Shown here in pieces: positions 52,940-64,000 of a DNA stretch of 64,000 bases. The position numbers and the translations under genes are program-made. Origin of the DNA: Candidatus Bathyarchaeota archaeon (GTDB taxonomy: Archaea; Thermoproteota; Bathyarchaeia; Bathyarchaeales; Bathycorpusculaceae). The notes beneath the pieces were generated by a model. That model was not told where the DNA came from and did not search any database. It saw only the letters and a list, made by a program, of their open reading frames with translations. Numbering within the stretch: the stretch's first letter is position 1; each line of letters begins with the position of its first letter. Location of the stretch: assembly GCA_963780185.1 (NCBI GenBank), contig CAWABA010000005.1:1-64000 (forward strand), read 5' to 3'.

Positions 52940-55840
52940 GCAGTCTGCTTCACTGCCAAACCTAATTCTTCGTGCGGGCGGTTAAGTATTTTCTGCAGGA
53001 ACATGCCCGTGTAGGATCCCTTGATTTCCGCGACTTCTTCGGGTGTTCCCTGCGCCAGCAATTCGCCGCCTGCCGCGCCGCCTTCGGGACCTAAATCAAT
53101 GAGGTAATCGCAGCTTTTGATTACGTCGAGGTTGTGTTCGATGATGTAGACCGTGTTGCCGTTGTCAACCAGCCTGTTCAGCACCTTGATGAGGCGTTTG
53201 GTGTCGTCGAAATGCAAGACCCGTGGTGGGTTCGTCAAGCATGTAGACGACGTGTCCCTGCTTGTTTTTGCTTAGTTCACGGGTGATTTTGATACGTTGA
53301 CTTTCCCCGCCTGAAAGCGTGGTTGAACTTTGACCCAGCTTGATGTAACCTAACCCGACGTCTAAGAGCGTGCCAAGTTTGCGGCTGATTCTTGGAGTGT
53401 TCTCGAAGAATTTGGCTGCTTCCTCAACCGTCATGTCCAAAACTTCGGCGATGCTTTTGCCTTTGAAGAGGATGCTTAGCGTTTCCTTGTTGTAGCGTTT
53501 GCCTTTGCAGTCACTGCATTGCACATAGACATCTGGCAGAAAATTCATTTCGATGCGCAAGACTCCGTCGCCTTGGCAAGTTTCGCATCTGCCGCCTTTC
53601 ACGTTGAAGCTGAAGCGTCCCTCTTTGTAGCCGCGGGCTTTAGCCTCTTTGGTTGAGGCGAAAATGCGTCTAATTTCGTCGAAAAGCTTGGTGTAGGTGG
53701 CTGGGTTGCTTCGCGGCGTTCTGCCGATTGGGTCTTGATCGATTACTATGACGTTGTGAACCATCGGTGGGAAATCGATTGATTCATGCTTGCCGATTTT
53801 ATCGATTTTCTCCCCGAACAGCTGTCGCAGCTTAGGAATAACGGTCAGATTCATAAGTGTGCTTTTGCCTGACCCCGAAACCCCTGTGACTCCGCATAGC
53901 ACGCCTAGCGGCAGTTGGAGGCTGAGGTGTTTTAGGTTGTTTTCTTCTGCGCCTTTAACGGCTATGTAGCCTGCGGGTTTTCGTCTTGTGTCTGGCACCT
54001 CAATTTTGAGTTCGCCTGAGAGGTATTTGCCTGTGAGGCTGCGTTTGTTAGCCATTATTTCTTGGGGTGAGCCTTCAGCGACGATGTGTCCTCCGTGGAC
54101 TCCTGCGCCTGGTCCCATGTCAACTATGTAGTCGGCTTTCCGTATGGTTTCCTCATCATGCTCAACAACAATCAAAGTGTTGCCTAGGTCGCGTAGGCGA
54201 TGCAGGGTGCTGATGAGTTTAGCGTTGTCCCGCTGATGCAAGCCGATGCTGGGTTCATCCAAAATGTAGAGAACACCCATGAGGTTGCTGCCGATCTGCG
54301 TGGCTAAACGAATCCGCTGCGCTTCGCCGCCTGAAAGAGTCCTTGCTGCACTGCAAAGCGAAAGGTAACCTAACCCGACGTTCTTTAGAAAGCCGAGTCG
54401 CTCGTTGATTTCTTTGAGCACCTGCTTGGCTATGGCGAGTTCCTTCTCGTTGAGCTGGGGCGGCAGGTTGTGGAAGAAGTCAACTGCTTCTTCAATTGAG
54501 AGGTCGGTTACGTCGATGATGCTTTTGTCCAGAATCTTCACGGCGAGCACGACGGGCTGCAGTTTTTTGCCTTTGCAGGCGTTGCAGGGTCTTGAAGTCA
54601 TGAATTTTTCGATGTCTTCTTTGCGCCATTCGCTCTCGGTTTGCCGATAAAGCCTCATGGTCTGGGGGATAACGCCTTCCCAGCCGTCACGCATCCACAT
54701 GCTGGCGCCGTTTGACCATTGCCCAGTTAAGGGTTCCCTGTCACCGTAAAGGAGAACGTGAAGTTGCTCGGCGGTGAAGTCTTTTATGGGGTGAACACGT
54801 CAAACCCATGTTTTTTGCCTACCGCTTGAAGCTGCTGCGCACGCCAGCTAAGATCCATGCTGCCGTAAACCGTCAACGCCCCATCCATGATGGAGAGGTT
54901 TTTGTTCGGGATAACTTTGTCTTCGGATATTTCCGTGATTTCGCCCAAGCCATGGCAGGTTGTGCAGGCGCCGAAAGGCGAGTTAAATGAAAACATGCGT
55001 GGCTCCAAAGCTTCAAAGACGATTTCAGGGTGGTTTGGGCAGGCTCCGAAGGTGCTGTACATGGTTTCGTCTTGGAAACGTTCAAGCTCCTTTTTCTTTT
55101 CCGCCTCAGCTTCCCTTTTCGGCGTCGATAACTATCATTGTTCCCTTGCCGACTTGAAGCGCCTGCTCCACGGCTTCGCTGATGCGGCTGCGTTCTTCAT
55201 CAACAATCGCTACCGTGTCGATAACGGCTTCAATCCAGTGCTTCTCGTAACGCACCAGCTTAAGTTCTTCTTTGATGTTGTTTGAATCGTAGATTTTCTG
55301 GTCTACCCGAATGTTGGTGTAACCCTGTTTTTTGAGGTCATCGAAAACTTGTTCGTGCGTTCCTTTTATGCCGCGGATTATGGGTGCTAGAAAAGTGAGG
55401 GTTTTTTGTTTTTCAGCCATGATTAGGCTTGTTATGTTTTCGGGGCTTTGCGGGTGGATTGAGCTGCCGCATTTTGGGCAATGATGTGTGCCTGCCCGCG
55501 CGAAAAGAAGCCTGAGGTAATCGTAGATTTCGGTGACTGTGCCGACGGTGGAGCGTGGGTTTTTGCTGGTGCTTTTCTGCTCAATCGAGATGGCTGGGCT
55601 TAAGCCTTCAATTGAGTCGACGTCGGGTTTATCCATTAAGCCGAGGAATTGCCGTGCATAAGCGGATAGGCTTTCCACGTAGCGTCGTTGTCCTTCGGCG
55701 TAGATGGTGTCAAACGCAAGGGTTGATTTTCCTGAGCCTGAAAGCCCAGTGATAACTATGAATTTGTTTCTGGGCAACTCTACATCGATGTTTTTGAGGT
55801 TGTGCTCTCTGGCACCCCGAACTGAAATGTTGTCTCTCAT
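52936..55840 (-). CDS. uvrA: excinuclease ABC subunit A (several frameshifts)
   Basis: [57 protein letters not shown]. Confidence 0.95.
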
Positions 55841-55936
55841 TACTAAACCAGTTTCCTTCTCCGCTTCTCGTGAACTTATCCTTTTTAGTCAGGATAGATT
55901 AGAACCTTTTTGCCACAAAACCGTCATTTTCTGGGT

Positions 55937-57883
55937 TTAATTTTCGCTTTCTATCTTTCTTGCTAACGCATTTTTCAACTCGGCAATGGTGTCCCGCATT
56001 TCTATGGCGCGTTCGAAATCAAGTTTTTCGGCGGCTTCCCTCATTTTGGCGTCTAACTCGATTATTTGCCGTTGGATGTCTGATTTGGGCAGGTGCTTTG
56101 TGCCTTTGATGGTGCCTTCTTTGAGCGAGACGCTTTTGATGATTGTTGTTGGGGTGATGCCGTGTATTTGGTTGTAGCGTTTCTGGAAGGCGCGTCGGTA
56201 ATTGGTTATTTCCATGGCTCGTTTAATCGAGCGAGGTTTCGACGTCGGCGTAGAGGATGACTCTGCCGTTGACGTTTCTTGCTGCTCGACCGATTGTTTG
56301 GATGAGGCTGCGTTCGTCCCGCAGGAACCCTTCTTTGTCGGCGTCTAAGATAAAGATCGTTGAGACCTCTGGGATATCTAAGCCTTCACGTAGTAGGTTG
56401 ATGCCGACTAAAATATCAAAGTCGCCGACACGCAGCTGCCGCACAAGCTCAATACGGTCCAAACTGTCAATATCTGAGTGCATGTAACGGACGCGGAAAC
56501 CTTCCTTAACCAAGTAATCCGCCAAATCCTCAGCCATCCGCTTCGTAAGGGTTGTAACTAGGATTCGGTCACCCCGCTCAATGGTTTTTCTGGCTTCAGC
56601 CATCAGATGCTGCATCTGCCCTGCGATTGGGTGAACCTCCACTTCAGGATCCAAAAGACCCGTTGGCCGCGTGATTAACTCGACGGGTGGACCGCTCTTT
56701 TGCAGTTCATACTCGGCTGGCGTGGCTGAGACAAAGAGCACTTTGCCCATTTTTGCTTCAAACTCATCAAACTTCAATGGCCTGTTATCCAGCGCGCTGG
56801 GCAGTCGGAAGCCGAAGTCGACAAGGTTCTTTTTTCTTGCGTAGTCGCCGTTGTACATGGCGCGGGATTGCGGGATTGTTTGGTGGCTTTCGTCGATGAT
56901 GAGCAGGTAATCTTTTGGGAAGTAATCCATCAACGTGAAGGGCGGCTCGCCTGTTCTGCGTCCGTCGAAGTGTCGGCTGTAGTTTTCCATGCCTGCGCAG
57001 AACCCGATTTCGCGAATCATCTCCAAATCATAGTTTGTCCGTTGCTTAAGCCTCTGAGCTTCCAGCGGCGGCAACTCGGGGAGCCTCTTCTCGAGTTCCT
57101 GCTTGATGTGCTCAAGTGCAAGGGCATGTTTCTCTTCGGGAACAACGTATTGGCGTGCAGGGTAAAGCGTTAGCCTGTCGACATGCCACTTTGACGTCGC
57201 CCGTTATAGTGATGGACCTCTTTGAGTTTTGCGACTTTGTCGCCGTCCAATTCGATTCGCAAAATGTCGTTCTCGTAGGATGGCACAACATCCACTGTGT
57301 TGCCTCGCACACGGAACCTGCCGGGCTCCAGCACCATGTCGTTGCGTTCATACTGCATCTCAACCAAAGCGCGGATAAGGTCTTGCCTATTGATTTGCTT
57401 TCCAACCGCGAGGTCAAGCGCCATCTTTCTGAAGTCTTCAGGGTTTCCAAGGCTGTAGATGCAGCTGATGCTGGCAACGATTATGGTGTCGTTTCGGCTT
57501 ACCAAGCTGGACACGGCATGCATACGCATCTTCTCGATTTCTTCGTTCACGTCAGAGTCTTTTTCAATGTACATGTCCTGCGCTGGCAAATACGATTCAG
57601 GCTGATAAAAATCATAAAACGAAATGAAAAATTCAACTCGGTTGTTTGGGAAAAGCGATTTTAATTCGCCGTAAAGTTGCGCCGCCAAAATCTTGTTATG
57701 CGCAATAATCAAGGTTGGCTTTTGGAGGCGATTGATGACGTTTGCCATGATGAAGGTTTTGCCGCTTCCTGTGATGCCGAGAAGGGTTTGCTTCGGTTTC
57801 TTGGCAAAGTTGGCGGCTAGTTTTTCGACGGCTTCATCCTGTCCTGGAGACATTTTGTATGGCGCGACAAGTTCAAACTGCAA
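55937..57883 (-). CDS. uvrB: excinuclease ABC subunit B (frameshifts)
   Basis: [46 protein letters not shown]-terminal UVR domain. Confidence 0.95.
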
Positions 57884-57977
57884 TTTAGCTTCTCCAACAC
57901 CCTTCTAAGAAATGACCCAGCCAATTGGACTAATAAGGTTTTTTCTAAGAGTGTGTGACGTTAGTCCATGACACATG

Positions 57978-58633
57978 TCATAACAGCTTAAGAGGTTTCT
58001 CAGCAAATTTCGATTCTTTTCCTAGATGGAACTCCGCCAACCAACATAGGAACAATCTCAAAACCCGTAATTTCACCTCTGTTCGAGGTCGCCAGATAAA
58101 TGGAAATGGTCTCGTTTTCCCCACCTTCAAACCTGCAGAGGACATGCGTCTGGCGGAAGCCCCACATGCGTCAAGTCGACTGAATTGATTTGTTTATCTC
58201 CGTTGAATATTCTCGCGGATCAAGAAAACATACGCCAAAGTTGGGTCTTTGGAAAATGATTAGGCACAGGAGAAGTCGCAGAATAATCATTGCGGATTGT
58301 GACATTGATTATGGCGCAAGGTTCACCCTTTTCCACAACTGGCGTACTGCTTGATTTGCTCCCGAGAGCGGTGCGTGTGTCATAAGGGTAAGAACCAGAA
58401 GTCACGGTTACTGAAACAACAAAAATCTTGGTGACGTTGCCTTGAAACGTCAAGTAATAACCTGTAATGGGCTGCATCGATGCAACATTGGGTTTGACGG
58501 CGTGTTGATGGCCAAAAAGAGATTTCCTGAGTAACCCAAAAAGATACCGACAAAACTAGGCAACCGCCAACACAGCGACGATTAATTTGTTTTTCCTACT
58601 GAATCGCTTCACGTTTTGGCTAGGGCTTGCCAT
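57978..58633 (-). CDS. hypothetical membrane-anchored protein (frameshifted)
   Basis: Basic-hydrophobic N-terminus and GEPCAIINVTIRNDY fragment; ends approximate. Confidence 0.35.
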
Positions 58634-58795
58634 GAATACAGCGTAGTTCTTTATACCTTTTAATCCTTCACAATAGAACGGCTGTTCTAAAAAATAGTCT
58701 ATCCTGCTTGTTCAGCTATAACTTATGCTAATTAAGCCGATAAAAGAACGTTTAAGCCTCTCAGAAAAAGACGAGGCTAAGTGCCAGATGATTTC

Positions 58796-59089
58796 TTAGT
58801 TGACTTTCATTGTGCCGAATTTGCCGACGTTAAGTTGGTTTTCGCCTTTGAAGCTGGTTATGTAGCCGTTGTCGATTTTTATGTTGTCGCCCACGTTGAC
58901 TTGGTCAATCTGCTCGTTCCACAGAGTCAGCTTGATGCTGCCTGTCTCGTCTGCAACCACTGCATCAACGATTCGGTACGTTTCGTCTTTAAAGCGTGAT
59001 TTAACTTCGCGGGCGTCTCCTTTTTCAACAACTTTCGCTTCAACGCTTACCCGTTTCATCCCATTCTGTAAATCTTTAATTGCTGTCAA
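58796..59089 (-). CDS. single OB-fold ssDNA-binding protein (SSB/RPA)
   Basis: IKDL, VADETGSIKLTLW, NGY...FKG..QLNVG.FG. Confidence 0.88.
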   Translation of the reverse strand: MTAIKDLQNGMKRVSVEAKVVEKGDAREVKSRFKDETYRIVDAVVADETGSIKLTLWNEQIDQVNVGDNIKIDNGYITSFKGENQLNVGKFGTMKVN

Positions 59090-59239
59090 CCAAATTCACC
59101 TAAACTATGTTCCTCTCTTGGGTTTTCAATTGCAAAGGTGAATTTCAATCATATAAATCTTGCCTAAGAAATAGGTCGACCCCTAAACAGGTAGGAAAGC
59201 AAGCAAAAAACGGGAAAAAGCGGGTTGGAACGCTTTTAT

Positions 59240-60494
59240 TTAGACCAGTCCTACGAGCAGAAGCGACGCGAAGACTGTGACGGCTACGGCGACTGCAGCA
59301 ATGGTGATTCTCTTAGGCATTGAGAACTCTGGTTTTAGAGACCCCACAATTATTGTAGATAAGGCGCCCAGCCAGACGTAGGAGACGGCGAACATTACGA
59401 AAACCACGGCTCCGAAGCCTGCGGTGGCGGCGTTGATGTGGCTGAGTATGGCTTGAGACTGATTGTTAGGTTGCTTGCGGCTCCAGCGTAGGTTGTTGCG
59501 CCGAAGAAGTTGAAGCGTACTCCGAGGGTTATGTCGTAGGGGTAGTAGAGCGTCGGCAAAGTGGCGGCTGCAATAATGTTAATCAATGCGCGAATGTCAA
59601 GCACAAATAATGCGAAGCCTGTGGCGACAAAGATGGGTTTCCAGACATGAGTGGTTTTTAGTGCGTAGAAGATTAGCTAGATTACGACTGTCAATACGAA
59701 CCAGACTAAAATGAATTCGAAGCCGTACGAGGACAGAAACTGCTCGATGAGACCGAGGCTGTCAGTTTGGACAGGTGTCTGGTATTGGCCTCGGAAGAAT
59801 AGGGCGCCGATTCGCACGGTTATGTTTGAGTTAGCTGGGTAAGTTAGGCTTAACTGTAAAGCTGTAATGTTGCCCCATGAAGGTGTTCCCGTGATTGCCC
59901 AGCCTGACGCGTTTGGTCCAAGAGGAATGGTCAAGTTGTTCCATGTGCTAACCGTCGCCGTGTTTAGGGACGAGGTTAAATCGTAAGTGTAGAAGCTTGT
60001 GTCGTTAATTGAATACAGCGTTAAAGATGCGCTTTGAGGCATCGAGGAAGGCGACACCTGCTTTATGGTTATGGACAGGTTTTGGAAGCCCGACGTGAGT
60101 GCAATCCACGTTAAATTCGTTGGCTAACGCCGCTGTTATGTTGTTGGTGTGGGTAGCATCTATTTCTAAGCTGCTGTTTCCGAATAGGCTGTAATCGGCG
60201 CTGAGGGCAGCTACATAGATGCTGTAGTTGAATGGGTCAGCTAAATTGTCGCTTAAAGCCACGTTTGGGCTGCTTCGCCAAACGGTTGAGTTGATGAAGT
60301 CCTGTTGCGAGCCAACCTGAGGATTTGTGTTCTCGGTGTAAATCTTTGAGAACTGGGTAAACTCGAAGCCCATGGCTAAGCCGATGAAGAGGAGCAGAAC
60401 TAAGAAGTGCACCTAGATATTTTGGGTTTTCAACAATTTTTTTGAAGGCTTTTGTAGGTGCGTAAATTACCTCTGCGAGGTCATTTAGAATCAA
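59240..60494 (-). CDS. Yip1-like membrane protein with extracellular insert (frameshifted)
   Basis: VIYAPTKAFKKI N-terminus, TM helices flanking a beta-rich domain; pieces in several ORFs. Confidence 0.55.
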
Positions 60495-60546
60495 TTCTCT
60501 TGGCTCCTCGCTACTTGTGTTTCACAGTTACTAATTAAAGTATCTG

Positions 60547-62055
60547 TTACATCCCGAGTTTAAGACGCCGATAAGTCTGATAGTCAACATATTCAACGAA
60601 GGGGTTTTCAGCCTGAAACTTAACGTTAGCTTTCTGTTGTTTCCGCTTATCGACAAGCTGGCTTGTGGTTCTAAGCAGGTACGCATCGCTTCCAGCACCT
60701 GAACCGTAACTGCCGACCAAAATAAGCTCTTCAGGCTTAGCAACGTCAAGAACCGCGGCTAAACTCAGCGGAACGCAGCCTGAATAGGTGTTGCCGAACT
60801 TGTTAATCATGATGCCTGGCAGATACTGCTCCTCCTTGAACCCGAGCTCCTTGGCTATTCTGACTGGGAACTGAGGGTTAGGCTGATGCGCAACGAAGTA
60901 GCCGAGGTCGCTTGCTTTGAGGTTGAAGCGCTCCATAAGTTTGCATGTTGCTTTGCGGACATGTTTGAAGTAGGCGGGGTCGCCTGTGAATCTTCCGCCA
61001 TGCATCGGGAAAGGTTCGCCGTCTCTGCGCCAGAAATCAGGCGTGTCAGAAGTGCAAGAGTACCATCCTTCCACCTGAGCTATAACATCGTTTTTCCCAA
61101 AAATGAATGCAGCGCCGCCGTAACCTACGAAGGTGTCCAGTTCGCCGCCTGGGCAGCCTCTTGGAGCTGCCTGAGAATTGTCAGCGCCGATAGCCATAGC
61201 GTATTTTATGCCTGAACGCGGGTAACTGACGAGGGCGCATGCGTCCTTAAACATGCTTGTAGCGGCTTTACATGCAAACTCTGTGTCAACTGCGTCGACG
61301 CCTTGGACGTCGCCTTCTTCTTCGCCGAGTTTAAGCACCTGAGCCACCTTTGACGCGATAGGCTTAACTGCATATGGGTTGGATTCTGAGCCGACGTAAA
61401 CTTTGCCGACTAAGCTGCTGTCGACGCCTGAATGAATCAACGCGAGTTTTCCAGCTTCCACAGCCGCCGTCACTGAGTCTTCGTCGACGAATGGGACAGC
61501 GCGTTCTAGCCCTGCTTCTTTTATTCGGAACTTTGAAGTGTAAACGCCGTAGCCGACGACTCCTGGCAACTCGTACTCTTTGTCGGGTGCGGTTACGCGG
61601 TATTCTTGATGCGGGTAGTACTCGTCGGCTAAGGTGAAGGCTAGCGAAATCGTTGGAACAACCTCGCTTTTCCCTACTGAGTAGCGTCGGCGGAAACGAG
61701 GCACCACTTCTCTTCCTTCCAAACTTGCCAAATCAACATCTTTCGCGTCCGAAATCAACTGGTCAGTTATTCTGGCGGGTACACGGATTTTGCCGTCGTG
61801 GAAAGAAACAATACCGTAAACGAAGCTTGAAAGCTTCATGAATTTGTTTGTGGGTTCATTGATGTATGTGCATAACTCAAGTTTTCCCTTGTCATAGAAC
61901 AGGTCGACGCTGTCCATTTTTCCGTAGCTTTTTCTGCCGCAGTTGCTGCAGTAATCTCTAACTTCAAAGTATTCTTTGCTGCAGCTTTGGCATCGGCTAG
62001 CCCGTAACCTGTCGCCTAAATAAGAAACTCGTCGCTCTATCGGTTCACTGCTCAA
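60547..62055 (-). CDS. DUF35 (Zn-ribbon/OB) - HMG-CoA synthase fusion
   Basis: N-terminal CQSC...CSNC and OB fold; EDS, VGSESNPYAVKP, EFACKA, HQPN, GNTYSG, SYGSGAG. Confidence 0.9.
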   Translation of the reverse strand: MSSEPIERRVSYLGDRLRASRCQSCSKEYFEVRDYCSNCGRKSYGKMDSVDLFYDKGKLELCTYINEPTNKFMKLSSFVYGIVSFHDGKIRVPARITDQLISDAKDVDLASLEGREVVPRFRRRYSVGKSEVVPTISLAFTLADEYYPHQEYRVTAPDKEYELPGVVGYGVYTSKFRIKEAGLERAVPFVDEDSVTAAVEAGKLALIHSGVDSSLVGKVYVGSESNPYAVKPIASKVAQVLKLGEEEGDVQGVDAVDTEFACKAATSMFKDACALVSYPRSGIKYAMAIGADNSQAAPRGCPGGELDTFVGYGGAAFIFGKNDVIAQVEGWYSCTSDTPDFWRRDGEPFPMHGGRFTGDPAYFKHVRKATCKLMERFNLKASDLGYFVAHQPNPQFPVRIAKELGFKEEQYLPGIMINKFGNTYSGCVPLSLAAVLDVAKPEELILVGSYGSGAGSDAYLLRTTSQLVDKRKQQKANVKFQAENPFVEYVDYQTYRRLKLGM

Positions 62056-63258
62056 TCTTTCTTCTCCCCTAAAATGGTCACGTAGGCTTTTGTGCCGAAG
62101 CCTTCAAACTCTGAAACGCAGCCTCTCTTCGGTGAACCATCGATAAAGCTGACTTGACGCTCCCCAGCTTGACCTCTCGAGCTGACGATAAACCTCAAAA
62201 ACCTGTGCTCCGCCAGTGGCGCCAAACGGGTTTCCATCTGCTTTTAAGCCGCCGTCGGTGTTAACGAAAAGCCGTTTGCCAGCTATTTCGTAGAAGTTCT
62301 TGTTGTTTTGGTGGCTTTCATAGATGTTTTTCCAAGCGGTCCCTGGTTCGATGAAGCCTAAGTCTTCAAGGGAAACAAGCTCCATCATGGTTGACTGGTC
62401 ATTTATTTCAACCACCTGCATGTCGGACATGGGGGTTTTGGCCATTTGAACAGCCTTTTTCATTGCGATTTCAGCCGCGACGAAACGAGACAAATCCTCC
62501 CTTGCCGAGTAGTTTAAGTAATCAGTGGCTGAGGTGCATGCTAAAACGGAAACTGGTTTGTCACAGCGTTTTTTGGCTGTGTCTTGGCTCGTTAGAATCA
62601 ACGCTGATGCACCGTCGGAAATCGGGGCAAAATCATACAAGCCTAAGGGTTTATGCGCTGTTTTCCTAGCGTTCAAAACCTGCTCAACCGTGATTGCTCT
62701 TTGGTACTGTGCATATTTGTTTTTGGTTGCGTTTGCATGGTTTTTAACTGAAACGTGGGCTAAGGCAACGTTGAGTTTTTCCAGATTTTCGCCTGCTATA
62801 TGATGCTTCTTTATGTAGGCTCTTAGCAGTAGTTCGTGGTTGGCTTCAGGGGTGCCGCCTGCAAAGTAGCTCCACGGGTCCTCCAGCAGCATAAGGTCGT
62901 CCCGTATTTTGTCCCAGCGATCCGTCATTTTTTCTATGCCGCCGACCAGAACCGTGTTGTATACTCCAGCCTGAATCGCGTGGCAAGCCGTCAGCAATGC
63001 GGCGCTGAAAGAACGGGTTACTTCCATGGGTACATGTAGTTCGGTGAGTTCTGAAAGGAAGCCTTCTTCTAAGCCCAGCTTGTTTGTAATTGGGAGAAAA
63101 CAATCTGACATGTAGCAGGCTTCAAGGTCTTTGCGTTCTAAGCTGCATTCGTTTGAAGCGGCAAGCCAAGCTTCCTCAATAAGTTTCTCGGGTTCTTTGC
63201 CATAATGTTCCCCGAACTTGGTTCTGCCAACAGCAACAATCGCTGGTCGATTTTGCAA
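62052..63258 (-). CDS. thiolase-family protein, catalytic residues degenerate (frameshift near 62160)
   Basis: GRTKFGE, VLVGGIEKMTD, KNHANA..N..AQ, PISDGASA, NTDGGLKA.G.P.GATG. Confidence 0.85.
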
Positions 63259-63567
63259 GATGAAGTCTTCCCTTTACTGTAGCACTTTACCTCCTCTGAA
63301 AAGGCTATTAAGTGTTTGCCATATTTCACAGCTAAAACGCCAGAAAAGGCGATTACCTAATATAGAGATTGACCAAATACTTGCACTGGTGATCGCTTGG
63401 GGAAAGTGAAGGCTTTGCTTGACGGGTGTACAGGAGCGAGTAGACGGCGTCTTTTACAAGTGCGAATACATTAAGGAATGCGATAAAGTTACGCCTCAAT
63501 GCGGGCAAGGTGGAAACAGTTACTGCGGCGAATACAAAAAGAGAGCCAGCCAAAAACAAAAGAAAAC

Positions 63568-64000
63568 CTAAGCAGCCGCATCAGAAGAACCATGGCTTAT
63601 CTCAGTCATAGTCAACTGCCGCTTAAGCGTTCTCACCAGATTCAGCAGGTTTCTGCTTAACTCAACCGGGTAAACAGATGCATCCCTCAAAGCCTTGTAC
63701 TCCTCAGGAAGCTTAGACAGGTTCACGGCTGCGGTTGCTCGAATTTGCTCAAGCGACGGAAGAGCATAGGTTAATTTGCCTTTTTCCATCATTTTAACCA
63801 GCAAAGGTTCAGCTTCGACTTTTTCGTTTGCCAAAGCAATTGTGTCTTTCTCGAAGTTGCCGTCGGCGTCTCTGAAGCGGTAAACTTGTTTTCTGCCTGG
63901 AAGCGTAATTTTGTCCTTGCTTAGCTTCATTATCGGCGAAAACGAGCCGTCTGCCCTCATGGTTTCACAAAGCTTGTAAATCACGTCTAGGTAGGGTCTG
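63568..64000 (-). CDS. nicotinate phosphoribosyltransferase C-terminus (partial, runs off window)
   Basis: VIYKL, MKLSKDK.TLPGRKQVYR, PLL..M..GK, L.QIR, YPV.LS. Confidence 0.8.
   Translation of the reverse strand, partial: RPYLDVIYKLCETMRADGSFSPIMKLSKDKITLPGRKQVYRFRDADGNFEKDTIALANEKVEAEPLLVKMMEKGKLTYALPSLEQIRATAAVNLSKLPEEYKALRDASVYPVELSRNLLNLVRTLKRQLTMTEISHGSSDAAA

Overview
Archaeal chromosomal window, most consistent with Bathyarchaeia (inferred from gene content, not tested). Many unrelated genes carry single-base frameshifts, which points to unpolished long-read indel errors. Layout: 0.4-11.4 kb holds tRNA-Thr, SRP RNA, surface proteins and an AT-rich 3.5 kb defence-like islet bounded by direct repeats derived from the SRP RNA 3' end. 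12.4-37 kb is a cysteine/methionine super-cluster (sepS, pscS, cysS, two different tRNA-Cys genes, metYXW, cysK, cysE, two HTH regulators), interrupted by a multicopper oxidase, vapBC and a six-gene hydrogenase-related (Ehr/Hyf-like) membrane complex. 37-64 kb holds valS, trpEGDCBA, tRNA-Lys, uvrBAC, SSB and a DUF35-HMG-CoA synthase fusion with a thiolase homologue. Strongest new observations: (1) a TATAAC-N3-GTTATA palindrome repeated four times in Cys/Met promoters, a candidate sulfur-amino-acid regulon; (2) SRP-RNA-derived att-like repeats; (3) an Ehr small subunit lacking all four canonical Fe-S cysteines; (4) a thiolase lacking its catalytic residues; (5) a 10-bp-phased CCGTT array before a tandem-AbrB gene; (6) tRNAs with non-canonical elbows.
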